From Gaiellaceae bacterium (lineage in GTDB: Bacteria > Actinomycetota > Thermoleophilia > Gaiellales > Gaiellaceae): DNA of 64,000 bases. Shown here one piece after another: positions 15,822-24,576 of the stretch. A program made the position numbers and the translations under genes. Numbering within the stretch: position 1 is the stretch's first letter; the number at the start of each line of letters is the position of its first letter. The notes under the pieces are model-generated. The model ran no database searches. It was not told where the DNA came from and worked only from the letters and a program-made list of their open reading frames with translations. The stretch is from the NCBI GenBank assembly GCA_035311205.1, contig DATGDB010000047.1, positions 14,914 to 78,913 on the forward strand. Reading direction: 5' to 3'.

Positions 15822-16187
15822 ATGGAAGACCCAGCCCGCGACGAGCTGGACCCGCCGAGCTTCGAGCAGAGCGTCGAGGACGCGCTCGATTCGCTGCCGC
15901 CGGATCTGCGCGACTTCATGTCCAACGTGGCAATTGTCGTCGAGGACGAGCCGCCGCGGGGGATGCCGCTCCTCGGGCTCTACCAGGGGCTGCCGCTGAC
16001 GAAGCGCGGCAGCTGGTACGCCGGGATTGCGCCGGACAAGATCACGATCTACCGCGGTCCGATCGAGCGCATCTACGGCACGGATCCCGAGCGCCTACGC
16101 GGGGAGATCCGCCGCGTGGTGCTCCACGAAATCGCGCACCATTTCGGCATCAGCGACGAGCGTCTCGTCGAGCTCGACCGCTACTGA
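15822..16187 (+). CDS. Small zinc metallopeptidase-family protein (DUF1025/zincin-like)
   Basis: 121 aa with VVLHEIAHHFGISDERL (HExxH) and the conserved LGLYQG...ITIYRGPI pattern. Confidence 0.8.
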   Translation: MEDPARDELDPPSFEQSVEDALDSLPPDLRDFMSNVAIVVEDEPPRGMPLLGLYQGLPLTKRGSWYAGIAPDKITIYRGPIERIYGTDPERLRGEIRRVVLHEIAHHFGISDERLVELDRY

Positions 16188-16190
16188 GTC

Positions 16191-17870
16191 CTAGCTCTGG
16201 AACCCGTACGCCCGCGGGCGCACTTCGAGGATCGGAATGCCCTCGACGAACGTCGCGATTCGGTATTTCCGGCGGAGGATTCGCCCCGTCATGCCTGAGG
16301 AGTCGATCGTGTCGGGCCCCTGGACGAGAACGACGAGCGCGGGCCTCTGTCTCGCCAGCAGCCGGCGCGCCGAGGTGAGCGCGGTGTCGATCGACTCGAC
16401 GTTGCGGTACCACATGTACGGAAGGGCCGGTCGCCGGTCGGCGAGGTAGTAGACCTCGGCTCCTGCCCAGAGGACGAAGATCCGATCGTTGGGGGCCGTG
16501 TGCGTTCGCACGTAGTCGGCGACGGCGGCCGAGTGCACGAGCCGGCCGTCCTTCGGCCAGATCGCGCGTGCCTGTGCCGGTCCGCCGGCAAACCAGAGCG
16601 GCACGGTCACGATCAGCGTGGCGAGCGCCGCGGCTCCACAGGCGGCTGTTGCGAGCGGACGGCGTACGACCAACAGCTCCCTGAGCCCGACGGCGGCGAG
16701 GATCGATAGCGGCGCCGCAAGCTGGATGTAGTAGTGCGAGTGGAAGTTGCCGCCGCCGAGGACGCCGATCACTGCGGCGCCGAGCCAGAGGCGGGCGAGG
16801 AGCGGCGAGGAGCGCCAGCCGATCGCCGCGAGCAGCGCGAGAACGCCCAGCCCTCTCGCCGCCGCCTGCAGCGACCCGATCAGCTGGTCGAGGCGGTGAA
16901 TCGGCGAGCCGGTGAAGAGCGAATCGCCGTCCGCGCGGTAGGCGACGACGGCGTTCCACCAGTCCTGGGCGTGCGGGGCGGTCCAAGCTGCGATCGCGAC
17001 CGGCACGAACGCCGCCAGCACGAGAATGACGACGCCGTAGGCGCGCCGGCGTTCCGTGATGAGCAGGAACGCGACCGCCGCGAGCCCGGCGTCGAAGGCC
17101 GACTGCTTGATCATGACCGCGCAGCCCGTGAGCAGGCCGGCGACGGCCAGCCAGACCAGATGGCGGCTACGGAGGTACGCGGTGAAGGCGAGCAGCGATA
17201 GCACCGCCGGAAACGCCGCCAGAAGCTCGCCGGACAACGTGAACGACTCGATGAACGGGGACGCGGCAAACGTTGCAAGTAGCAGGCCGGCGGCGATGCC
17301 TTCTATCGTTCCGCAGATCCGGACGGCCACGATTACCGTGGCGATAACGATGAGCATCGAAACCGCCGCCGCAACGATTCGAAGCGACTCCGTCGAGCCG
17401 CCTCCGACCTCCAGGAGGCCTCGATAGACGAGCAGCAGGCCTTGCGGGCGGTCGACCCAGGCGCCGCGATAGAGGGCGGCTCCGTTGTCCCAGAGTCGCG
17501 CGATCTGGGCGTAGCCACCCTCGTCGGCCGTGAGCGGCGCGCCCCAGAACGCGACGCGGGCGCCGAGCGCCAGCAGCGCCGCGACGAGCGCAGCAAGCGT
17601 TGGGGCCCACCACGCGCTGACCTCGATGCGCCGAAGATCGCGCTGGCGGCCGGAATTCCGCTCGCCGTCCTGGCCGTTGGAGTCGGCTTCTTCGACTTGA
17701 CGGTGTCGCCGGATCGCTATGCCGTGCTGCTCTTCATCTCGGCGGTTGCCATCGGTCGCGGGCGCCGCTACCTGCTGGACTTCGTGCCGTATGTCACGCT
17801 TATCGTCGTCTATGCCGAGCTCCGTGGGCTTGCCCACGTTCTGCGACCGGAGCCGTATTTCACGCCACAT
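16191..17870 (-). CDS. GT-C fold glycosyltransferase (family 39 / ArnT-PMT-like)
   Basis: Polytopic protein. The first loop carries the DE motif (WGAPLTADEGGYAQIARLW), followed by about 10 further TM segments and a C-terminal soluble domain. The start is uncertain: the only canonical in-frame starts upstream of TM1 are the ATG at 17870 and the GTG at 17837. Confidence 0.8.
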   Translation of the reverse strand: MWREIRLRSQNVGKPTELGIDDDKRDIRHEVQQVAAPATDGNRRDEEQHGIAIRRHRQVEEADSNGQDGERNSGRQRDLRRIEVSAWWAPTLAALVAALLALGARVAFWGAPLTADEGGYAQIARLWDNGAALYRGAWVDRPQGLLLVYRGLLEVGGGSTESLRIVAAAVSMLIVIATVIVAVRICGTIEGIAAGLLLATFAASPFIESFTLSGELLAAFPAVLSLLAFTAYLRSRHLVWLAVAGLLTGCAVMIKQSAFDAGLAAVAFLLITERRRAYGVVILVLAAFVPVAIAAWTAPHAQDWWNAVVAYRADGDSLFTGSPIHRLDQLIGSLQAAARGLGVLALLAAIGWRSSPLLARLWLGAAVIGVLGGGNFHSHYYIQLAAPLSILAAVGLRELLVVRRPLATAACGAAALATLIVTVPLWFAGGPAQARAIWPKDGRLVHSAAVADYVRTHTAPNDRIFVLWAGAEVYYLADRRPALPYMWYRNVESIDTALTSARRLLARQRPALVVLVQGPDTIDSSGMTGRILRRKYRIATFVEGIPILEVRPRAYGFQS

Positions 17871-18503
17871 CTCGACCTCGAGCGCTGGCTCTTCGGCGGC
17901 AGCGTCCCGACAAGCGTCCTACAAGACTGGTGGTGGGCCGGGTATGAGCGCTGGTACGACTCCGTGCTTCTGGGGGTCTCACGAATTCACCAGTTCGTTC
18001 CGCTGACCCTAGCGTTCGTGCTCTGGATGCGTCGCAGGGCACTGTACTTCCGCTTCGCGACGACGATGGTCACGCTCTCCTTCGCGGCTGCGCTTTCCTT
18101 CGCTCTCTACCCCGCAGCGCCCCCATGGCATGCGTCCGATGCAGGCCTCATCTCGGCAGTCAAGATCGGCGGCCACCCCACGACGACAGCGACCGTGTGG
18201 GCGCCGTACGACCTCGTGCGCGGGAACCCTGACGCAGCGATTCCCTCCCTGCACGCCGGGTATGCCTTCCTCGTCTTCCTGATGGTCTCGAGCCTCTTCT
18301 GGCGGACGCGCTGGCGCGTCCCCGTCGTCTGTGTCGCGGCGATCTACCCGGCTCTGCAGTCGTTCGCAGCCGTCTATACGGGGAACCACTACGTGGTCGA
18401 CCTCCTGATCGGCTACGGCTACGCGACCGCCGTCTTCTTCGCCGTCAGGTATGTCTGGCATCGCCTCCGCCTGCCGGCTGCCGAGAACTGGACGGAGCCC
18501 TAG
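17697..18503 (+). CDS. PAP2-superfamily membrane protein (PAP2_3 / phosphoinositide-ceramide synthase-like)
   Basis: Motifs AIPSLHAGYAFLV ... VYTGNHYVVDLLIGY match PAP2 motifs C2/C3. The 5' end is uncertain: TTG at 17697 or TTG at 17442. A TM-like segment (KIALAAGIPLAVLAVGVGFF, 17634-17693) lies upstream of the first plausible start. Confidence 0.7.
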   Translation: MTVSPDRYAVLLFISAVAIGRGRRYLLDFVPYVTLIVVYAELRGLAHVLRPEPYFTPHLDLERWLFGGSVPTSVLQDWWWAGYERWYDSVLLGVSRIHQFVPLTLAFVLWMRRRALYFRFATTMVTLSFAAALSFALYPAAPPWHASDAGLISAVKIGGHPTTTATVWAPYDLVRGNPDAAIPSLHAGYAFLVFLMVSSLFWRTRWRVPVVCVAAIYPALQSFAAVYTGNHYVVDLLIGYGYATAVFFAVRYVWHRLRLPAAENWTEP

Positions 18504-18577
18504 CCACCATCCCCTCACCGCGCTACCAGTTCGTCGACTGCCGGTGGGAGCTCGGCAGTCCAGGCAAGGGGAGAGAG

Positions 18578-19234
18578 TTGTACCTCGAAGGCCACATCCC
18601 GGGCGCGTCGTTTCTCGACGTCGACGAGGATCTCGCCGACGTGACCGCCGAAGGTGAGGGGCGGCATCCGCTGCCGAGCGCCGAGCGCTTCGCGGAATGC
18701 GCCGCCCGTGCCGGGATCGGCGACGGCGTCTTCGTCGTCGCGTACGGGAGCATGGGCGGAGCCGAGCGCCTCTGGTGGCTGCTGCGCCACTTCGGCCACG
18801 ACGACTGCGCGGTTCTGGCCGGCGGGATCGAGTCGTGGCTCGGTCCCCTCACGGCCGGCGAGGAGGACGTCGACGCGGCAATATTCACGCCTCGTGAGCG
18901 TGCCGGCGACACGATTGCCGTGGAAGAGATTGCCCGCCGCCTCGGAGATCCGAAGCTCGTCCTCGTCGACGCGCGGCTCGCACCGCGATGGCGCGGAGAG
19001 GAGAACCCGATCGACAAGGTGCCGGGACGGATCCCCGGCGCACTCAATGCGCCTTGGAACGATGTGGTGCCCGACCTTCCCGAAGGTGAGGTCGTCGCCT
19101 ACTGCGGCTCGGGGGTCACTGCAGCGGTGACCGTCCTTCGTCTGGCGCTCGCCGGCCGCGACGTGCGCCTTTACCCCGGCTCGTGGAGCCAGTGGGAAAC
19201 GCTCGACCTCCCGATCGAGCGCAGCGAGACATGA
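18578..19234 (+). CDS. Thiosulfate/3-mercaptopyruvate sulfurtransferase (two-domain rhodanese)
   Basis: YLEGHIPGASFLDVD is in the N-terminal domain and the active-site loop is YCGSGVTAAVTVL. Homology clearly continues upstream of the TTG at 18578 (..YQFVDCRWELGSPGKGRE..), where no ATG, GTG or TTG exists. Confidence 0.8.
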   Translation: MYLEGHIPGASFLDVDEDLADVTAEGEGRHPLPSAERFAECAARAGIGDGVFVVAYGSMGGAERLWWLLRHFGHDDCAVLAGGIESWLGPLTAGEEDVDAAIFTPRERAGDTIAVEEIARRLGDPKLVLVDARLAPRWRGEENPIDKVPGRIPGALNAPWNDVVPDLPEGEVVAYCGSGVTAAVTVLRLALAGRDVRLYPGSWSQWETLDLPIERSET

Positions 19235-19443
19235 ACGTTCGCCTCACCACGGTTCCGTCCGAGGGGGAGGCCGAGACGATCTGCGGTCTGCTCAGAACGA
19301 ACGGAATCCCCTGCGCCTACAGGGCGCCGGAACTCTCCGCCGAGGCCTTCGGAGGCATGTGGCGAGAGATCCTCGTGGCCGAGGATGATCTAGAGTCGGC
19401 CCGGGAGCTGATCGAGCCTGAGGACGAATCTAGGCAGCTGTAG
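19231..19443 (+). CDS. DUF2007-like small protein (putative signal-transducing protein)
   Basis: 70 aa: [31 protein letters not shown]...[15 protein letters not shown]. The ATG overlaps the rhodanese stop (ATGA). Confidence 0.65.
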   Translation: MNVRLTTVPSEGEAETICGLLRTNGIPCAYRAPELSAEAFGGMWREILVAEDDLESARELIEPEDESRQL

Positions 19444-19948
19444 CTTTGCCCAGCTCCGGTAAGTACGGCCGCCAGCCGACCGGGATCTTCGGCGTCGCCA
19501 GGCGGATGTAGAGCACCGGCTGCGGCACTCTCGGCTTCGTCCGCAGCACCATCTCGATCTCGTGCAGGAGGCGGTTGCCCTTCTTGAGGTTGCACGGCGC
19601 GCAGGAGGTGACCACGTTCTCCCAGACCGAGTCGCCGCCACGGCTGCGGGGGACGACGTGGTCGAGCGTCAGCCGGCCACCCGAGCTCCCGCAGTACGCG
19701 CAGCGCCAGCCATCGCGGGCGAAGAGGGCGCGTCTCGAGATCTTCCGCTGGACCGTCCGCGGAACGGACACATAGGTGACGAGCCGGATGACGTGAGGCC
19801 ACGGATACGTGTCCGAGGCGGAGTGGAGCGGCTGCTCCAGCGCCTCGATCACCTCCGCCTTGCCCTTGAACACGAGGACGTGCGCACGCCGGACCGAGCA
19901 AACGTTCAGCGGCTCGTAGCTGGCGTTCAGCACCAAAACCTGGGTCAT
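19430..19948 (-). CDS. HNH endonuclease family protein (conserved actinobacterial type)
   Basis: 172 aa with the motif [43 protein letters not shown] (HNH with Cys4 zinc knuckle). Confidence 0.9.
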   Translation of the reverse strand: MTQVLVLNASYEPLNVCSVRRAHVLVFKGKAEVIEALEQPLHSASDTYPWPHVIRLVTYVSVPRTVQRKISRRALFARDGWRCAYCGSSGGRLTLDHVVPRSRGGDSVWENVVTSCAPCNLKKGNRLLHEIEMVLRTKPRVPQPVLYIRLATPKIPVGWRPYLPELGKATAA

Positions 19949-20007
19949 GACCAGGCAAAACGATAGCTACGCAAACTTCCGTTAAGAGGTCACTAGGATC
20001 ACCACCC

Positions 20008-20496
20008 GTGAGCGTCTCGGCATCAACGGCGGCCTGGATCGCGATCGGCGCGTGCGTCGCCGCCGTCCTCACGCTCGGCGCCGTCCTCTATCTGTGGACG
20101 AAGCTCCGCAAGCTGCGAGAGGCCCAGCGGGTCGTGCTCGGCGGCGGGCAAGGCGACCTCGTCGACTTCGCCGTCTCGCTGCAGGCGCGGATCGACGACC
20201 TCCATCGCGCTGTCGACGAGGTCGCAGCGGGCCTGTCGCGAGTCGACCGCCGCGTGGACGGTTGCGTCTCGAAGACCTCGATCGTCCGCTACGACGCGTA
20301 CGAGGGCGCAGGCGGACACCAGTCAGCGTCGCTGGCGTTCCTCGACGCCGCCCGCTCGGGCGTCGTCTTCAGCGCGATCCAGGGCCGGGACTACGCGAGG
20401 ATCTACGTGAAGGAGCTAGACCACGGCCGTGCACCTGTTGCGCTCTCGCCTGAAGAGCAGGAGGCCGTAGAGCGAGCCATGTCCTCCTCGGCCTAG
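20008..20496 (+). CDS. DUF4446-family membrane-anchored protein
   Basis: N-terminal TM segment, then IVRYDAYEGAGGHQSASLAFLDAARSGVVFSAIQGRDYARIYVKEL, the conserved DUF4446 core. Confidence 0.75.
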   Translation: MSVSASTAAWIAIGACVAAVLTLGAVLYLWTKLRKLREAQRVVLGGGQGDLVDFAVSLQARIDDLHRAVDEVAAGLSRVDRRVDGCVSKTSIVRYDAYEGAGGHQSASLAFLDAARSGVVFSAIQGRDYARIYVKELDHGRAPVALSPEEQEAVERAMSSSA

Positions 20497-21620
20497 CCGC
20501 CTGGATAACTGAAGATCACGGGGTACTCGGCGGTGTTGTTTGAAAGGTTTGTCTCGCCGGGGACCTTGTCGACGTCGACCTGCAGCGTCGTTCGCCGGAC
20601 GAAAGGCACGTTGGTGATGTTCCGGAAGGTGACGGTCTGCTGCTCGCCCGGCTCGGTGAGGTCGACCGTCTGGCGGCGGACGATCGGCTCCGGGCTCTTC
20701 TGGATCGTCAACGTGACCCGGACGCCCGTCTCGGTCGAATCGCCCGAGTTCTCGAAGGTCACCTGGAAGCCGAGATCGGTCGTCGCGACGATCTCGTTGA
20801 GCTGATCCTTCGAAAGCTCGGCACCGCCGAGAACCTTGACCGAGACGAGGCTGTGGCCGTGCGGGCCGGGTGAGGTCGTCGTGCCGCCTCCGCCTCCACT
20901 GACCCGCTGCCAGATCGTCTCCATCGCCGTGGAGGTTGCGAGATCCGGGTTCTGCACGAAGTTCGAATCCGGCACCTGGACTCCCTGAATGTCCTGATTT
21001 CGGAGCTCCTGCATGGCCGGGTCCCTGAACTGGTCGTCCCAGACGACGTCGCTCGCGACGAGCCGGCGAGCCTGTGCTCCGAGGAGCTGCCCGGCTTGGT
21101 TCGCATTCTTTGTCTGCGCGGAGAACCCGTCGCGGAGGCCCCGAAGGCCGCTGACCCGAAACTGCAGGGCCTCGACCATGTGCTGCTGCTCGTTCCTGAG
21201 CGGCCCGGGCTCGGAGATGTTCTCAGCCGAGTCGACCAGTTGCTGCTGCTGCTGCGCGAGCCCGTCCAGTGTCTGGACGAGCTGCGTCTTCGTGATGTCC
21301 GGCTTCGTGATCGCAGTGTTGAGCGACGCGCCGATTCGCTCCGACTGGTTCGCAACCTGATCGACGTCGCCCATGTAGTTGCTGTAGGTGTCCTTCTTGG
21401 CCTCACCTCGACAGCTGGAGATCCAGAAGACGAGCAGGACGACGACGAGGATCGCAAGGCTGATCAGCCCGATCAGGCGCAGGAGCGGGGTGAGCCCGGA
21501 AGGCGGCCCCGGCGGACGCCGAGGGCGCCGGGTCCGAGGTTGGCGGTCCGGCCGCTCTGCCTCGGTCGTCGCCGGCTCTTCGAAGAAGTCGAACTCGATC
21601 TCGGAATCGCGCTCAGTCAT
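20493..21620 (-). CDS. Membrane-anchored hypothetical protein with C-terminal CARDB-like beta-sandwich
   Basis: The ATG at 21620 was chosen to leave room for a divergent promoter. There is an acidic/basic N-terminus, one TM (LLRLIGLISLAILVVVLLVFWI), and a C-terminus VRVTLTIQKSPEPIVRRQTVDLTEPGEQQTVTFRNI...VDKVPGETNLSNNTAEYPV. Confidence 0.7.
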   Translation of the reverse strand: MTERDSEIEFDFFEEPATTEAERPDRQPRTRRPRRPPGPPSGLTPLLRLIGLISLAILVVVLLVFWISSCRGEAKKDTYSNYMGDVDQVANQSERIGASLNTAITKPDITKTQLVQTLDGLAQQQQQLVDSAENISEPGPLRNEQQHMVEALQFRVSGLRGLRDGFSAQTKNANQAGQLLGAQARRLVASDVVWDDQFRDPAMQELRNQDIQGVQVPDSNFVQNPDLATSTAMETIWQRVSGGGGGTTTSPGPHGHSLVSVKVLGGAELSKDQLNEIVATTDLGFQVTFENSGDSTETGVRVTLTIQKSPEPIVRRQTVDLTEPGEQQTVTFRNITNVPFVRRTTLQVDVDKVPGETNLSNNTAEYPVIFSYPGG

Positions 21621-21706
21621 GCGCCCCGCCGGGCCACTGTAACCACTCGATCGGCTTACAGAGCTCGGAAAGGACTTCATCCGGCAGTGCCTAACCCAAA
21701 GCGCAC

Positions 21707-23317
21707 ATGACGACAGCGGTCGCGACGCTTTCGGCCAGTGAGCTCGTCCTCGGCCGGTACCGGCCCCTGCGGCCGCTCGGGAGCGGCGGCTCGGGCTCGG
21801 TCTGGCTCGCGCGCGACGAGACCAATGGTCTCGACGTCGCGCTGAAGATCGTCACGCGCGAAGGCAAGGCCGGCACGCGCGCTGAACGCGAGGCCGAGGC
21901 GGCTGCACGGCTACGCCACCCGAGGTGCCTCCGCGCCTACTCGTTCGACGGCGACGACCGGAACGTCTACATCGCCTACGAGTACGTTCCCGGCCAAACG
22001 CTGCGCGACCGCATCCGCGGCGGCGATCTCACCGACGCGGGCGCGATCGAGGTCGGTGCGCAGGTTCTCGAGGGCCTGGGCCATGCGCATGCGAACGGGA
22101 TCGTCCATCGCGACGTGAAGCCGACGAACGTCCTCGTGGCCGACGGGCCGGAGATCGAGGTTCGGCTGCTGGACTTCGGTCTCGCCCAGTTCGCTGAGGC
22201 CGAGACGCTGACCGGAGCCGGCGACGTACCGGGCACGCTGGCCTACATCTCCCCGGAACGGCTTCAGGGCGAGGAATCCTCGTTCGCAGCGGATGTCTGG
22301 GCCGTAGGCGTCGTGCTCTGGGAGGCGCTGACGGGCTACCACCCCTTCTGGTCGTCCTCGCCCGTCGAGACCGCGCGCCGGATCGACGCCGGTGCGCCTC
22401 CGCTCGAGTCGCAGCGCCCGGATCTTCCGCGCGCGCTCTGCGACGCCGTCAACCGCGCCCTCGCGATCGACCCGAAGCGGCGTCCGACGGCCCTTCAGCT
22501 CGCGCAGCGCCTCCGCGACGCCCTGGGCGCTCGCACACGCCGCAAGCGGCCGAGCACGTTGCCGGTTTTGCCGGCTCCACCGCTCCAACGTGCCGCTGCG
22601 GCCGCGGCCGCGGGCGTCTTCACCGTCGGTGCCGGCGTGCTGCTCCCCTTCTATCCCGTCGGCTGGGCGTGGGGAATCGGTGCGCTCGCCGCAGCGCTCA
22701 CCGTGCTTCGTCCCCGGCTCGGCCTCGCGTTCGCCCTCGCAACCGCGGTTCTGCCGCTCGGGAACGTCTCGCTTGCGCTCGCGCTCGTGTACTCGGCCGG
22801 AGCCGTGGCGTGGCTCGTCGCCACCTGGAGGAGGCCGGAGGAGGGCCTCTATGCCGTGGCCGGCCCTCTCCTGGCGCTGTTAGGCGCGACCGCGCTCCTC
22901 CCGCTCGCCGTTCTCCACGTGCGGAGTGCGGTGTGGCGTGGGATCCACGTTGCGCTCGGCGTCCTTCTCGCCGCCGTCGTGGCCGGCCTCAGCGGTGCGA
23001 CCTTGCCGCTCAGCGGCCGTGAGCCGCCGTCGCTCGGCATTGCCGGCAGCGAGGACCCCGGCGCCGTCGTCACCGCGCTCTTCCGCGCTCTCGTCGAGCG
23101 GCCGGAGGTCCCGATCGCCGCTCTCACGCTCGGTCTCTTCGCCGCCCTCCTCCCGCTCCTGTGCGCTCGGGGACTGTGGGCGATCGCCGGTCTCGGCGCG
23201 GCGGCGCTCGCCGCCCTGCTCCTTCCCGTGGCTTCCGTCCAGGCCGTGCCCGTCGTTGCCGGAATCTGGCTCTGCTGCGCGATCCTGGCCGTCAGAGAGC
23301 TACGTCCGGCTCGCTAA
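21707..23317 (+). CDS. Ser/Thr protein kinase fused to a large polytopic membrane domain
   Basis: Hanks kinase motifs GSGGSGSVWLA, VALKIV, HRDVKPTNVLV, DFG and GTLAYISPE, followed by about 250 aa of Ala/Leu-rich TM segments. Confidence 0.9.
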   Translation: MTTAVATLSASELVLGRYRPLRPLGSGGSGSVWLARDETNGLDVALKIVTREGKAGTRAEREAEAAARLRHPRCLRAYSFDGDDRNVYIAYEYVPGQTLRDRIRGGDLTDAGAIEVGAQVLEGLGHAHANGIVHRDVKPTNVLVADGPEIEVRLLDFGLAQFAEAETLTGAGDVPGTLAYISPERLQGEESSFAADVWAVGVVLWEALTGYHPFWSSSPVETARRIDAGAPPLESQRPDLPRALCDAVNRALAIDPKRRPTALQLAQRLRDALGARTRRKRPSTLPVLPAPPLQRAAAAAAAGVFTVGAGVLLPFYPVGWAWGIGALAAALTVLRPRLGLAFALATAVLPLGNVSLALALVYSAGAVAWLVATWRRPEEGLYAVAGPLLALLGATALLPLAVLHVRSAVWRGIHVALGVLLAAVVAGLSGATLPLSGREPPSLGIAGSEDPGAVVTALFRALVERPEVPIAALTLGLFAALLPLLCARGLWAIAGLGAAALAALLLPVASVQAVPVVAGIWLCCAILAVRELRPAR

Positions 23318-23335
23318 AGTGGCGCCGGGTCGTTT

Positions 23336-24100
23336 GTGCTTCGAAGTATCGAGCAGAAGATCGAATCCCTCTTCGAGGGCGCCTTCGGCCGCGCCTTCCG
23401 TCGCAACGTGCAGCCTGTCGAGGTTGCACGCAAGCTCGCGAAGGAAATGGACGACTACAAGATGGTCTCGGTCTCGCAGGTCTACGCCCCGAACGAGTAC
23501 GTCGTCTACCTGTCACCGGGCGACCGGGGCCAGTTCGAGAGCTACGAACCTGCTCTGATCAAGGAGCTCGAGCAGTACCTGCTGGAGCACAGTCGGCGGG
23601 AGGGGTACGTCCTGCTCTCGAAGCCGAAGGTCTCCTTCGAGACGGACGATGATCTCGAGGTCGGGCTGTTCGGGATCGCCAACCGGATGATCCAGCGCGA
23701 GGCGCCCGACCAGGAGCCCGAGCTCGCGCCCGAGCCGGGTGAGACCCGCGTGTATCGCGCCGCCCCGGTCGAGACGGAGGCGGCCTCCGCCGAGGATCTG
23801 GGCGTCGAGCCAGAGCCCGAGCCCGAGCCCGCGACGGTGACGGTCAACGGTCGCGCGCATGAACTCAACAAGCCCAGCGTCGTCATCGGGCGTTCGAGGG
23901 AATCCGACATCCGCGTCTCCGATCCCAACGTCTCGCGACAACACGCCGAGATCCGCCAGGAGGGCTCGACGTACTGGGTCGTGGACCTGGGGTCGACCAA
24001 CGGGACGTCGGTCAACGGCCGCGCGCTGAAGCGGGGGAAGCTCGACGACGCGGATCGCATCACTCTCGGCTCGACCGAGCTCGTCTTCAAGCTGCCATGA
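23336..24100 (+). CDS. fhaA: FhaA-like protein (DUF3662 N-terminal domain plus C-terminal FHA domain)
   Basis: N-terminus: LRSIEQKIESLFEGAFGRAFRRNVQPVEVARKLAKEMDD. FHA domain: VVIGRSRESDIRVSDPNVSRQHAEI...VVDLGSTNGTSVNG. Confidence 0.9.
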   Translation: MLRSIEQKIESLFEGAFGRAFRRNVQPVEVARKLAKEMDDYKMVSVSQVYAPNEYVVYLSPGDRGQFESYEPALIKELEQYLLEHSRREGYVLLSKPKVSFETDDDLEVGLFGIANRMIQREAPDQEPELAPEPGETRVYRAAPVETEAASAEDLGVEPEPEPEPATVTVNGRAHELNKPSVVIGRSRESDIRVSDPNVSRQHAEIRQEGSTYWVVDLGSTNGTSVNGRALKRGKLDDADRITLGSTELVFKLP

Positions 24101-24576
24101 TCGCCGCAGCAGTCGAGGTCGACGCTGTCCTGCTCGGCCTCAAGATCGGGTTTCTGGTTCTGCTCTACCTGTTCATCTGGCGGATCGTGCGCTCGGTTGC
24201 CAAGGACGTTCGCCTGCCGCAGGAGAGCTTCGTGCTGGCACCTCAGCAAGCAGCTGCCGCCGGGCTCGGACGGCCGCTCGCCGGCAGGCTGGTCGTCCTT
24301 TCCAGCCCTGCGCTCGACGCACACACGGAGCGTGATCTCGATTCCACGCCCGTCACGATCGGACGTGCCCCCGAGAACGATCTTTCCCTCGACGCGGACG
24401 AATTCGCCTCGGTTCAGCATGCGCGCATCGAGCCCAGGCGCGACGGCGTCTGGCTGGAGGACCTCGGCTCGACGAACGGCACCTTCGTGAACGGGGTCAA
24501 GGTGACGCAGCCGAGGAGGCTCGAGCCCGGCGACGTGATCCGCGTCGGAGAGACTGACCTGAGGTACGACCAATGA
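24097..24576 (+). CDS. fhaB: FhaB/FipA-like membrane-anchored FHA domain protein
   Basis: N-terminal TM segment, then TIGRAPENDLSLDADEFASVQHARI...LEDLGSTNGTFVNG. ATGA overlaps on both sides. Confidence 0.9.
   Translation: MIAAAVEVDAVLLGLKIGFLVLLYLFIWRIVRSVAKDVRLPQESFVLAPQQAAAAGLGRPLAGRLVVLSSPALDAHTERDLDSTPVTIGRAPENDLSLDADEFASVQHARIEPRRDGVWLEDLGSTNGTFVNGVKVTQPRRLEPGDVIRVGETDLRYDQ

Noticed and set aside
19430-19948. HNH endonuclease as a sign of a mobile element, homing endonuclease or defence system
   Set aside because: It is a stand-alone gene with native GC and codon usage. It has no methyltransferase, integrase, repeats or partner genes nearby. This small HNH protein type is broadly conserved in actinobacterial core genomes.
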